This document shows positions 29,133-45,575 of a DNA stretch of 64,000 bases, one piece after another (the stretch's first letter is position 1; every line of letters starts with the position of its first letter). The notes beneath the pieces were generated by a model. That model was not told the DNA's origin and searched no databases. It was given only the letters and a program-made list of their open reading frames with translations. This DNA comes from the human T2T-CHM13v2.0 reference genome, Homo sapiens: the NCBI RefSeq assembly GCF_009914755.1, contig NC_060934.1; one strand, 5' to 3'. The position numbers and the translations under genes are program-made.

Positions 29133-29500
29133 TGTATTAGTCTGTTTTCACGATGCTGATAAAGACATACCCAAGACTGGGCAATTTACAAAAGAAAGAG
29201 GTTTAATGGACTTACAGTTCCACGTGGCTGGGGAAGCCTCATAATCATGGCAGAAGGCAGGGAGAAGCAAATCACATCTTATGTGGATGGCAGCAGGCAA
29301 AGAGAGAGAGGGTGTGCAGGGAAACTCCCATTTTTAAAACCCTCAGATCTTGTGAGACTTATTCACTAACATGAGAACAGCGTGGGAAAGACTGGACCCA
29401 ATGATTCAATTATCTTTCACTGGGTCCCTCCCACAACACGTGGGATTTATGGGGGTTACAAGGTGAGATTTGGCTGGGGACACAAAGCCAAACTATATCA
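29133..29500 (-). mobile_element. THE1B-like solo LTR
   Basis: tgtattagtctgttttcac...gataaagacatacccaagactggg...ggggacacaaagccaaactatatca. Flanks ggcag/ggaag. Inserted in degenerate L2. Confidence 0.88.
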
Positions 29501-29880
29501 GGAAGAAAGAACTCCAAGCAGGTCAATTATATCAAACATTGTAGAGAAGCTTCAAGGGATAAGGACTGAATTAAGCCTTTGAAACTTGACAGCAATTTCA
29601 TAAGAGTGGAAGGGGATTATAAGGAGTTGCGGAGTTTTATTAGGTTGACTGGCTGTGAAAGAGACCATTAGACTCCACACCACAATCTGCTCTCCCATTC
29701 TTCCACAGTGATAGTTTTAACTGGTCATGGGTTAGGACTGTATTTCCCAGCCTTTGTATAGCCCAGGGCTACCTCTAGAAGCCGGTTGTAGCCGTATAGC
29801 TAAGTTCTGTTCAATGAGATGAGAGAAGTGATGTGTTCTACTTTCCTCTTGTACTCTCAAAAGTAATGGGCATACACTGC

Positions 29881-30621
<741 letters not shown>

Positions 30622-31030
30622 ACTCCCTTGCCCTAATTTCCTTCTTAATAGGTGTGTGGCAAACATGATGGCAAAAGCCCAGAGATGGAAACTTCATGTT
30701 CAAGATGGCAATAATATAAAGGATCCCAGGGTCCTTAATAGTTCAGTGCTGTTAAATCATCCCTAAAGTGCTTATTCTCAGATGATTAACTGAAAGGAAA
30801 ATAAACTTCTATCTCATTTTTCACTGTATCATCTCATTGTTAAAGCATCTGGAACATGGATTCTAAATAACATACCTGTTACAGCCCTATGAAGGCTACC
30901 ATTTATATACTTTTTCTACTGTGGTTAGGACAAATGTCAACATATTTGTATACAATCAGAAAGCAGGTCTTTACTAGTTGACCTGTGGAAAATGGTATGG
31001 TGGCCTCTTTGTTTTTTTGACTCTCTGAGT

Positions 31031-31488
31031 TGTTATGGGTTGAAATGTGTATCCCCAAAATGATATGTTGAAGACCTAACCCTCAGTATCTCAGAATGCA
31101 ACCTTATTTGGAAATAAAATCATTGCAGATGTGATTAATTAAGATGACATCATACTGGAGTAAAGTGGGTCCGTAATCCAGTATGACTGGTGTTTTTATA
31201 AAAAAGAATGTCACATGGAGAGACACATACAGGAAGAATGAAATGTGAACAGGAAGGCAGAGATCAAAGTGATGCCTCTACAAGCAAATGATTGCCAAAG
31301 ATTGCCAGCAATCACCAGAAACTAGGAGGCTGACATGGAACAGATTCTTTTTTATAGCCCTCAGAAGGAACCAGCACTGTTGACACTTTGGTCTCGAACT
31401 TCTAGCCTCCAGAATCATGAGACAATTCTGTTGTTTAGGCCACCCCATCTGTGTTACTTTGCTATGGCAGGCTTTGGAAATAAATACA
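31031..31488 (+). mobile_element. MLT1B/C solo LTR
   Basis: tgttatgggttgaaatgtgtatccccaaaa...ccttatttggaaataaa...ccctcagaaggaaccagcac...aaataca. Confidence 0.8.
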
Positions 31489-32046
31489 CTGGTCAATAGA
31501 TAAATGTCTTCCCCTTTAGTCACCTACTAAAAGAGATTCTTGGGTGCCTTCCAGTTTAGAGGGCCAGTAATTATGTCTCTTCTTTACTTTCCTGGATAAC
31601 ATAGTCATTTTATGGCAAGTGATCTTGTCTATCATTGGTTGCCTGTGAATGTCATCTATCATTGTCAAAGACTGTAGTAAATTCCAAAACTAATTTACAT
31701 ACCATTAAATGCCAAATGAATCATCTGGGATGCAGCTCTAACTAAAATTTTACAGAGAATAAATATTCTGCAATTTTGGAAATTCATCTTTTATGGGTTG
31801 TGGGTAAGTGTGAATATCTATTATACATATTTACAAGTTGACAGAATCAGGATAAGTATCATTATGCATGTTTCTTCTCAGTTGCAGTTGAACTGAGTTG
31901 GTCTTTTTCCTCTCTAATTTATTATGCAAGTACTATAAGCTCTGCAGCAAATAGGGGAAATGTCAGTGTATAGTCCTTCTTTCTGTTTACATGGAGGCAA
32001 AACCAGAAAGGAATTGTGCTGTACTTTTAAAAATATGGTAGGCCTA

Positions 32047-32346
32047 GGCCAGGCGCGGTGGTTCACGCCTGTAATCCCAGCACTTTGGGAGGCCGAGGCG
32101 GGTGGATCATGAGGTCAGGAGATCGAGACCATCCTGGCTAACACGGTGAAACCCCGTCTCTACTAAAACTACAAAAAAATTAGCCGGGCGCGGTGGCGGG
32201 CGCCTGTAGTCCCAGCTACTCAGGAGGCTGAGGCAGGAGAATGGCGTGAACCCAGGAGGCGGAGCTTGCAGTGAGCGGAGATAGTGCCACTGCAGTCAGG
32301 CCTGGGCGAAAGAGAGAGACTCCGTCTCAAAAAATAAAAAAAAAAA
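32047..32346 (+). mobile_element. AluY SINE (young, CpG-rich)
   Basis: gagatcgagaccatcctggctaacacggtgaaaccccgtc, ggagaatggcgtgaaccc and gcggagcttgcagtgag. TSD atggtaggccta at 32035-32046 and 32347-32358. Confidence 0.95.
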
Positions 32347-32779
32347 ATGGTAGGCCTAGTTTTAAATTAAGGCAGAAGACAGTTGTATTCAGATTGTAGA
32401 AAGGCATTGCAGAAAGTAATAAGTGTTTTCTGTAAGTGATTCACTTTACATTTAAATATGTGAATATGTTCTATTTCAGGAAATGCGTTTATGAATAGAG
32501 AATGCTTTACAGACCGTATTGAAGAGAGATCTTCCAATCTTTGGGGGGCTTTTTATTTTCTTTAAACAGTGTCCACCTTTTAGCAGAAAATGTAGTGGGG
32601 TCCTGTGGAAATACCATGTTTCCTCCTTGCTGGGGAATATGAAGCCTGCCAAGGGGAACCTGAGGATCCCCTTCCAAACATATTACTCTTCCTGTGCCTC
32701 TACCATGGGAGGCGCATCGTGAGAATTCCACTGTGATTCCAACCTTAGACTGTCATTGAGTATTCTGAGACCTTAAAAA

Positions 32780-33403
32780 ATCCTTTTATCATGGAAATTT
32801 TGAAACATACAAGCAGCTAGAGGGAATAGTCTGATGATACTCCACCTACCCCATTGTCCGACTTCAGAAGGTACCAACATTTTGCTAATGTTGTTTCATC
32901 TGTCTCCTCACCATTCTCTGGAATGGAGAGGGAGGTTGAGCTGGAGAGTATTTACCCTGTAAATACCTTGGTATATTTTTCTAACAGATAACGACTTAAG
33001 AAAATCTTAACTACAGGGTCATTCTCATGTCTGACAAAGTTAACAATAACCCCCTAACATTATCCAATACCCAGTCTGTGGTCGAATTTCCATGATTATC
33101 TAAAAAAATGTCTTTTACACTGGATTTGTTTAACCAGAGTGCAGACAAGTTCCATACATAGCATTTGGTTTCTCTCTTATGTCACTCTTAATATATAACA
33201 TTTCTCATGATCTCTTCTTTCATGCCTTTGTTTGTTAAGGAAATCCTGTTGTTTATCCAGTAGATTTTCCCATTGCTTCTTCTGACAAATTGTTTATTCA
33301 TGGTGTATTTTAACTTCTTCTATCCTTGCTGTTTCCTTTACATATTAGCTAGATCTAACAGTTTGATTAGATTCAGGTCAATTTTTTTTCTTTTGGCAAG
33401 AAT
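32780..33403 (-). mobile_element. Old L1MC/L1ME 3'UTR fragment
   Basis: tttatcatggaaattttgaaacataca...aacaataaccccctaacattatccaatacccagtc...ttgattagattcaggtca...ttggcaagaatact. Confidence 0.6.
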
Positions 33404-33710
33404 ACTCAACCAGTTCTGCCATCGCACACAGGAACAGAAGACAGCAAGAAAAATTCACTTTGACCCCTTATGATTTCATCTCCAATCAGACCAGTCAGCA
33501 CTCCCCAATTCTCAAGCCCCTACCCACCAAATTATCTTTAAAAACTCTGATTCCTGAATGCTCAGGGAGACTGATTTGAGTCATAATAAAACTCTGGTCT
33601 CCTGCACAACTGGTTCTGCATGAATTACTTTTTCTCCACTGCAACTCCCATATCTTGATAAATCTGCTCTGTCTAGGCAGCGGGCAAGGTGAACCCACTG
33701 GGCAGTTACA
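33404..33710 (+). mobile_element. LTR8-family ERV1 LTR, 3' half only
   Basis: cccaccaaattatctttaaaaactctgat...gggagactgatttgagtcataataaaactc...gggcaaggtgaacccactgggcagttaca. Homologous to the 3' half of the complete LTR at 62226-62879. Confidence 0.85.
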
Positions 33711-35135
<1,425 letters not shown>

Positions 35136-35535
35136 TTCTCTGTTTGTTCTATCATGAAGTTCATATTTGAGCAGATGCCAAGGCATCAGTTGATCATCAC
35201 GTGGCACAAGGCATCAATTACATTTAAGCCCATCTCACTTCTTTCTTCAGTAAACTGTGATAGTTTAAGGAATAGCATAGTGTAGTGATTACAAAGGTGG
35301 GCCTAGGAGTAACACACTTTGGGTTTGAGTCCTATCCTTATCACCTATCAGCTGTGCATCCTTAGGCCCAGCTAATAAGTGTTCTATGCTTTTTCTTCAA
35401 CTCTAATGTAATACTTTATCTAACCTTGTGAGGATTAATGAGATATGCATGTTAAACCCTTAGAATCCCTAGCACGTAAGAAGTACTCAATATAGTTCCT
35501 AGTGTGCTTATTATGGAGCAAGTTCACTGTGCACT

Positions 35536-36329
<794 letters not shown>

Positions 36330-37099
36330 TTATATAAATATTTTGACTTTGCTTGGAATCAAAATAGAACATTATAAATTTCTTATAGATAACCATTGAA
36401 CTCCTAGAAAGACCTAAGTTTGAGAAACATGAATGTACACTAAAACCAGAAGAAGCAGCCTCCTTGAACCCTTTTGCTGTTCACAACCTAATATGAGCCC
36501 TCTAGATTGTGGCTTTTAATCTTTCAAGCTTCATGATTTATTTGTAATAGTTGAATTTTTGGTAATACATTTTAAGAGATTAAAAGGTAACCACTGATAT
36601 AAAGAACAAGTTTCAAGATGGAAAGAGATCCTTATATTAGTTCTAGAACATGGGGCTGGACAACACCGTATACCTCAGTAAATACGTGCAATTCATTTTT
36701 ACTACTAGAGAGGGAACACACTATTATAATGGCACCTGTCAGAACAGTGAGCCAAGAAAAAAATTGTGTGACATGTTGTAGAGGGGTAAAGAGCACTCAA
36801 TCTTCTGTAGGTAAGAGGCATTGACAACATTCAACTGGTGCCAGAGAAATGTCACAAGTTTAGTGGAACATGGAAGGACTTAGCCTTGGGGTTACATAAG
36901 TACATGGTCAGCGCAGTAAGCCATTCTACACAAATGGTGACAGAATGCTAAATGGTGATCATTTTAAGAATCTGAGAACCACATGCATCTTTAGTAAGAG
37001 TGCAAATAAATTGTGCACATTGACCAAAATTTGGCAGAGAGCTCAGCACACAGCAGCATGCTGGGGCCCATAATTTGAGGATCACTCCTGCCCTAGCTC

Positions 37100-37277
37100 C
37101 ATGGTTCTCAACCTTGGCTGCATGTTACAGATATCTGAGGAACTTTAAAAAATGTACTAATGTTTGAGCCCACTCCAGACATTCTCAATTGATTGGTATG
37201 ATGAGTGACTGAGGGTCAGGCTTTTTAAAGTTTTCCCAGGGCTTCTAATGGGCAGTCAGGGTTGAGAAAGACCATTG
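37100..37277. mobile_element. MER5-family hAT-Charlie MITE
   Basis: Inverted ends tggttctcaaccttggctgc ... gcagtcagggttgagaa. Confidence 0.75.
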
Positions 37278-39850
37278 CAGATATTACTACTATACTGATA
37301 AGAAGAATAAAGGAGTGCTGGACTCAAGGAAGTTTGTGCCAAAGAAGACAAAGGGCATTTTGCTCCAATTAACCTTATTTATGCTTCTTCCAATAAAACC
37401 GTATCTCTTAGTAATGGGGATAGTTTTTTCTTATCCTTGTATTATGTAAATTCTTCTCTGAAGATAGGAGAGGAATCTCCACTCTCTCTGAAAGATAGAG
37501 TGGTCCACTAATAAACTTCTGATCAACTCTAGAAGAATATTCAAGAGAGCACATATTGGCTGAACTCCTCTTAGGAACAAGGCATTGGCAAGTGTAATGA
37601 GTGGGAAAGAGGCCATATAAATATAATCCTGGGGAGAGGGACTTATTCATTACAGAATGTTTTTTATTTATGAAAATTGCAAAATAACCTAAATGTTCCT
37701 CAACAGGGAATGGTGTTCTACACAATGGAACACTGTAGTTAACATATATGAACTGGAGCTACAGCTCTCAAAATAATTATCAACATGTGAAGCAAAAAGG
37801 TAAGTGGCAGAAGCATATGTACTACATGTTGATAAAGTGCTCTTTAGATAAAGTTTGAAAACATGCCTGATAATAGTGTATACTGTTTTGGGACATGAAA
37901 TGGAATGAATGAGAAAATGTGTGTGAAACCACTTATACCAAATTTGGGATGGAGGTAACTTCTGGGCCATGTAAGCTCCAGGAAAGTAGGGGCTTTCTTT
38001 CATTTACTGATGTGCATCCAATCCTAGAATAGGGCTTAGCACTTAGTAATGACTGATAAATATTTGCTAGCTAAAGCAATAAATAAATGGAATCAGGGAT
38101 GGATTTGCAAGGCCTTTAATTGTCAACATGACTTTTATTAAAAAAATACCACGGAGTTTGGCAAAATGCAAACATTTGACAGAACTTGATGAGTACGTGG
38201 GTGTCCATTAGATTATTATTTTGACCTTTTGTATTGGCTTGAAATATTTCACTGACATTAAAAAAAAGGGGGTAGATGCAGAACAGACAAGAATTAGTAT
38301 GATTGGTGGAAACAGGGTAAAGGAAAGGGGGGATTTCAAAATGACAGATTTCAAATCTGAGTTGACTGGAGAATAGCAGTGCCTTTAAGAGTTTCAACTG
38401 CTAGAAGAAAAACAGGAATGAGACTGAGGGAGGCAATACCACTTTTGGATGCATGATATTTAAAATTATGACTGAACCTCATCTAGAAATGCCCCCAAAC
38501 CCACTGAAAATGCTCATTCTGACATCATCAGTAGTTTTCGGGGAAAAAAAGTCACAGGATATAGTTTAAGAGCTTCTCCCTGTTTTTTTCCCCAAAACAC
38601 GTTTAGACCACAAAATCAGAAGCTGAAAAAGCTGTCCCTGGAAATGCAATATTAATGAAGGGACCTGCCATTTGACTCATAGTTGATACCCGATTACCTT
38701 ATAAAAAAACAATGGATAAAAATTCTTTGCAACTGAAGGTGGACAGCCCTGAAGGAGGAGCAACTGGAGGGCTATGCCCTTCTGGGTCCATGGAGCAGGA
38801 TTATCTTGGGCCAGCGCAAAATTGGCCTGCACAAATAGTACAGGACCCCATCAACTGTTTTTGGGTTTAATTTCTGCCTGTTCTTCCCCTCCCCATCTCC
38901 AATGATGAGTGGGGCCACCAGAGTCCAGACAAACCTTTTGTACTCGGCTATCTGAACTTGGTCCTCAGGGGCTGTACTTCAGCAGTCTGACTCTTAGCAG
39001 TAGGGCATTAAGTCAGGGTGGAATATAAACTCTTCTGCGAGAGTCAAGAGTCCTGAATTCTTGTCCTGGTTCTGTCAAAAATCATCTGATAAGCTTGGAT
39101 ACATTTCTTAACAACTTTGAGTATTATCAAGGATTTGCTCTTGAAAAAACTCTGAACTCTCCGGCAGGTATTAGAAATAGATTGCATCGTTGTGCCTTTG
39201 TTGTGGGATTTATAGTGGTTGCTTGGAAAAGTGTATTGAAAATAATTGAGAAATGTTGTTTGGCTCCAGTGGAAAAGTGGCTATGATTGATCAGCACTGT
39301 CTGGTCACGGGCCTGGGGTGGTGATTAGCACTGTCTGATATGGGCCGGGTCTGCATCGGTGGTCAAATGATAGTCCTGTGTTTGGCCTTCTTGAGCTAGG
39401 GAATTCTATAAATGCCAATTTTCAAGGGGTTAGGAGGCACAGGGAGAGTTTCCAGTAGGGGCAGAAAATCATTACTTACACTACTTTACCCCATCCCACT
39501 CCCACAAAATACACAAGTTCCCCTCTTGGCAGATCAACAACATCGAAACTAGAGAGGGTTAGCAAAACAAAACAAATCAGTATTCACCCAAGGATGAATG
39601 CACAGCAACTCTATGGGATTTTCTCTATGTTCAATCTGCAGTGCCATCTACTGAATCGGACAGGAAATAATGCAAAGACTGTAAAGGTAGGCCAGATGAC
39701 AATGAAGGAAAATGTTTTGCTTGTTATTTAAGGCCATATATTTTAATCTCATAATTTGCCTGAACTTAATTATAGTGCTTTGATTGAGCTCTTTGGAGAG
39801 GTTCTCAAAGCCATCTTTAAAAATTCAGTATAAATAACAGTCATTCATAA

Positions 39851-40096
<246 letters not shown>

Positions 40097-43026
40097 TAAA
40101 TGATAGAGTTTAAGGTTAAAATATCAAAACCCAAAAGTACACTTCTGATGTCGCTGAAGTCACAAAGACCAACGTGTCTTATTTGTATGTTAGTTTTAGG
40201 AGGTAAAGAAGTCTGGGTGAGAGAAGAAAGGAGGAAATTAATGTCCATTAAGGGTCTATTAGGTTTTGCTCCAAATTGGTTTTTTCAGCAGTGTTTATGT
40301 TAGTGCCATGAAAAAAGATCTATGATCCAATATGTTTGGGAATTGCTATAATAGTCCCTCTCTTGAAGATTTACCATGCACATTAGGACAACACAGGTTT
40401 CCAGGAGCTCTGAAGGCAAGAAACCTGTTTAAGTTTGTCTAATTCAGTGTTTCTTACATTTTGTTGAACATGGCCTGTTTATTTTAATGTGTTCCTAATA
40501 CTGGTCTCTCAGGTGCCAGATACTGTGCTAGGGGCTTCAGCCATGTTAACTGACTACACCTCCTTACAGAATTGTGATGTTATTCCTGTTTTACAAAGGA
40601 GGTCGTAGGAGTTGAGACAGTTGAAGCAACCTGTACAAAGCATATAGTTAGAAAACGGCAGTGCTAGAATTAAAACCCAGGCCTGCCTGACTTCTAAGCT
40701 CATGCTATTCCCACTGAATTATGTGGCCTCTCAATAGGTCATTTTGGTTTTCACGTGGTTGAGGTCAAGATCATCTGCTTGACAAGGAGAGTCACAAGAG
40801 CCCCCCTTTTCAGTTGACATTTCCCTCGGATAGAGACATTTTAAAGGTTCTTGGAGAAGCAAGTGATTTGTTCCTTTGAATGTTGGAAATTGTATCCTGT
40901 TTGTGATGAGTGGTCTTTGTGTGTCACTCCTCAAAAACACAGCCATTTACTACTCCTAAAGTTGGCCCTGTTTTGAGGGATACTTGGAGAGAAAGAATGT
41001 CTGCAAGGAATTCTTAATTTGGATAAGATATGTCACCTCTAGGTCTCTCCTAAGCTTTGGGTTTCTTAGCCATGAAAGCAGAATTTATGACTCAGTTATC
41101 TGGGATTCAACTTCCAAAGCCTCTCTCTTGAAGAGATCACAGATTTTGTACCTTACCAATAAGAAACAAATATTAAAGAACGGGCAACTCTAGAAGGTCA
41201 CTTGCCCAGAGCTAATTTTTTAAGATGACTGTTTGGGTTCTTTGTATCTGAAAGTTGGTTGAGAGCTTCCCTTCAGGATAGGGGACAGGACAAGGTGGGC
41301 TCTTTGAATCCTGGCTGTGTCCCTCACTCTCTGTGCCTCTGTGGCTCAGTTTCTCCACATATCAACAGGAAATAGTGTATCTTATGTCTTTGGGCTGAAC
41401 TGAGTACCAGATGAGATCCTGGATATTTCATTCTCTTATTCCAAAGTATTATGGGTCTATAAAACCCCACAAAGACAACTATGAAGCAGAGCTAGGAAAG
41501 CAGATGACAAGATTTATGAAGTATGTAGAGGAAACTTGAGTGTCTGCCTCATGTTGTAGAATTCATTTGTCCTGCCCCCTGGCTTCAATTCTTCAAATTG
41601 TGGACTTACAAAAGGGGGATGAAAAAGTTTGAGGAGATAGGAAGAAAGCTTAGACTTTGGATTAGAAATCTTATTATGGAACATTATGAAAATAATTGTA
41701 TCTTTTCATCCCAATTGTATGTTTGGTTTGAATTTAGGTGCTAGTGTAGGCTTTTTGGCCCCTCTCTTCCCTTTAGGGTTCCCAAGTTAGAAGATCTTTC
41801 CTTATTCTTCTTCTCTTTCCAGGGGAAGCTATAGAACTCTGTGGCTAGAAGTGAGCTGTGGATGATGTTCACTTTCAAGATGATTGTGCAATCCTCCATG
41901 TTCAGAATCTGCCTGTAAGCTGCTGTGGCCTTGAGAGGGTGGTGAACTTGGAGGAAGGATTTTCGTAAAATGGCATAGAATGGGAGAATAGTGAACAACT
42001 GCGCCAGGGACCTGAGAGCAAGGGGCAAAGCTCTTGAGATTCCAGGGCAAATGGGCCATAGATCTACTTGCTTTAGGAGTTGAGGAGCGTGGTAGAAGGA
42101 AAAATATACTCCTAGAGTGAAGCTCCTCCAGAAAACCCCTCTCGGTTTTGGAGGAAATCATTTAAACACCACACCCTGTACTCGATGGGGAAGGAGCTCA
42201 CTCTGGTAGAGGGTTGAGGTGAGGTACACTGTTGGTGTGGAGGGGCTGCTGCGTGTGTTAGTGTGTGGTGGTCCTCAGCTAGGCTTCTAGCCTGGCCTCC
42301 CCTGGACTATCTCTCAGCTCCAGGAGGAGGGAGGCTGGAACAAGTGATTCAGTTTAACAGAGGGGCTGTGGGTTCAGACAATTTGAGAAGCAGGTGTCAG
42401 GCATTTCATCAATAGCAGGGCCCCGTAATGAGCTGGGAGCTGTTTCTTCACTGTGGATGATATGGCTTGGCTAGATACCCACAGGCCTGTGGTGTAAATG
42501 TCCCCTTAGGGTTTGCCATACACTCCGCAATGCATCTCATCCTATCCCCGATCCCTCCCACACCACGGGGTTCTGCAGGCTCATATGGCCCCAGTGGCAG
42601 GCCGGCTTGTATCGCATCCTGTAGACTGGCCAGAGCAGTGGCCAGTAGGAGTGGAATATTCTCTCTCTAGAAACAAAGAGGACCACCAGGCATTGGGCTT
42701 TTATTTTATTTCTTTGGGGAGGCTGTTGTTCAACAACACTGGCTCAGGTGAATAGCAGTGAGCATTAGGCGGGTTTGTGGACCTGGTGGGGCCCCAGTAA
42801 GCCAGACTTTAGCCAGTTCCCATTTATTACTTGATACACGATAAGCTCCACTTTAACAGGTGATAATGATGATGCTTTGATGATATTTCCAGGAGTTAAT
42901 ATCAACTCAAATCATATATCCAATAATCTCCAAAGTCTCTAGGTATTTTCCATATTCCAGGAAAATCTAAGTATTTCTGCTTCAATCAGTGTGGGCTTTT
43001 GCTTTTTCAGGTTCCAAAAAGTTACC

Positions 43027-43529
43027 TGAGGTAGGCAGAATAATGCCCCCTCCCCCTAAAGGTGTCTATATCCTAATCCCCAGAACTTGTGAACATATTA
43101 TTTTACATGGCAAAATGAACTTTGCAGGTAGGGATAAATCAAGGATCTTGGGATAGGGAGATTATCCTGTATTATTCAGGTGTATCCCAGTATCCCATTA
43201 TAACAACAAGGGTCCCTGTAAGTGAAAAACAGAAGTAGGATGGTTAGAGAGGAAGAGAAATTTGAAGATGCTACACTTGATTTTGAAGATGGATGAAGGG
43301 GCCATGAACCAAAGAACATAATAAGCAGGCTCTAGACACCAAAGAAGATGAAGAAACAGGTTCTCCCTTAGAGTCTCCAGAAGGTATGCAGCTTGCCAAC
43401 ACCTTCATTTCAGCCCAGTAAGACCTATTTCAATCTTCTGATCTCCGCAACTGTAAGTTACATAATTTGTGTTGTATTAAGCTATTAAGGTTGTGGTAAT
43501 GTGTTACATCAACAATGGGAAACTAGTAT
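43027..43529 (+). mobile_element. MLT1D-like solo LTR
   Basis: tgaggtaggcagaataatgcccc...cctaatccccagaacttgtgaa...ttacatggcaaaa...ttctcccttagagtctccagaagg. Confidence 0.8.
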
Positions 43530-44907
43530 CCCACTCAGTAGTAAGTTTGCCCCTTGCCCAGGGACCCTTCCCAGAGCATTAAATCCTACATCTCAAGAAA
43601 GTGCCTTCAAGTCCATGAATCCTTCTTTTTCCAATCTTATGCTTTGGCCTCTTGATCAAGCCAAAGCCCAATCCAATCCAATCCCAGCTCCTGTGTGTAC
43701 CTATTAGGTAATTCTTGCCATTCCTTTGAAGTATATATAATCCTTTCCCTCTTATGAAGCCCAGTGTGTCCTGAGCTGGGTTATGTTGGATATAATCGTA
43801 CCCACTGCGGTGGTGTGGGAGTAAGAAGAGGAGATGGGAGCATGTCTTTTGGAAGTTACCTGTTGTCTTGTGGAGTTAAAGCTTCTGCAGTGTCTTCCAC
43901 ATAAGTGAAGTGCTGGTTCTTACTGTGGTGCAGTGGGCCACCTCTGCAAGGTCTGGATAGTCTCCAGAGCCAAAATCCTTGTGGCCATCCACTCAGATAT
44001 CCCCATCCCATATTCTAGGGTTCCATCTTTTCCTAACCAGAGTCCTGGCCTTAGTATAACTGACCTACTTTGGCTGTGTATTTAAATGTCTCTGGAGTTC
44101 TGCATTTCTAACTATTAAGTTCTGAATCTGCTCCTTGGCCATGTCTTCTTTTTTATTGTAAGAGATAAATTAACAAAGAGGCTCCATGGTTTCCTCACTT
44201 AGCTTGTAGCTGGTTGCCAGTCATCCTCACTTTCACATGATATCCCTGTGAAGCATTATAATAACTTGATAACTATTTACCAGCTCTGCTGTCTTTGCAT
44301 GTGTAGGTCCCAGATATCTTTCAAATGCCCAAATCATTGAGCTGTTCCCACTGAATCATTGAACTGTGACTAGGGCATCTTCCCAGGTCAACATCAATGA
44401 AAACTTCAGCAGTTGGCCTGTCACCTGTGCCAGGGACTATCTGTACTTGATATTCTATTTGGGATGCAGTCCTTCTTGCCAAATGGGTGGTGAGTGAGCC
44501 AGTCCTGGAACCCCATTATATTACCTGTTTTCCTGGACCACTTATGGTACCACCTGTGTCTTTCAAGGAGCAGAAGCTGAGATGGGCTCAGGCGTGCTAG
44601 AGATTTAATGGAAAAACACCTATTTAGGGTAAAGGGGAAAGGAGCAGAAACAGTTTGGTGAACCTTCAGACTGCAGTGCAGATATGGTATTTGTGAAAGG
44701 AGAGATGGAGGAAGGCATGATTGAAGAGGAAGATCCTCACACTACAGTGCAGTCTTGAGAAAGCATTAGTCAGGCTGGCGAGTAGTTCCTCAGCAAAGAA
44801 TGCTTGTTAAAGGGATCTTGTGTTGGGCAATAATGGCTCAGCTCTTGTCCTTGTGCTGTGCTTAGTCATTTTTGGGGGGTAACCCAGGGAAAGTATGATC
44901 TTGTTAT

Positions 44908-45575
44908 TGTTACTGGCAAATCCATATGGGCCAGCAGCAACCTCAATTTTCACCTCCTCAGAAGAAAGAATTTGACTGAGGGGCATAAGGCAGAAGGAGA
45001 GACCGAGGCAAGTTTTAAAGCAGGAATGAAAGGAAGTAAGAAGCAGGCCAACTGGGCAACTTCAGAGATCAAGTGTGTGGTTTGACCTTTTGACTTGGAG
45101 TTTTGTATGTTGGCATTCTTCTGGGGTCTTGTGTCCCTTCTCCACTGATTCTTCTCTTGGGTTGGGCTGTCCACATGTGCAGTGACCTGCTAGCACTTGG
45201 GAAATGAGCATGTGCAGTGTGTTTATTGGAGTTGGATGCATGCTCACTTAAGGTGTTCTTCTCTTTCCGATAGAAGGATCCTAGAAGGTCATATACCAGT
45301 TAAACTCTACCATTTGCCTCTTAATGCACATGCTTGAGCCCACTCACCCAACTCCTGAGATCTTGTTGGGAAGCTGCTGATCACCAGATTCAGTGTTTCT
45401 ATCTATTGGGAGTCTGCCTTTCCCTGGCACCAGCTGTGATCAATTATTATTTTAGAGAGACAGCTAACAACTGCCTGATCATCACGTGATAGTGGTGTAA
45501 CATTTTTGGTGTGTGTGGGAGTAGTGGGAGCTTTCTCCTGCCCTGCTCATGTCTGACTAGTTACCTACTGTAACA
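44908..45575 (-). mobile_element. LTR9-like ERV1 solo LTR, inside an older MaLR remnant
   Basis: Reverse complement begins tgttacagtaggtaactagtcagacatgagcagggcaggaga. Ends tgttact / gtaaca. Flanks ttat/gtat. Confidence 0.7.
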
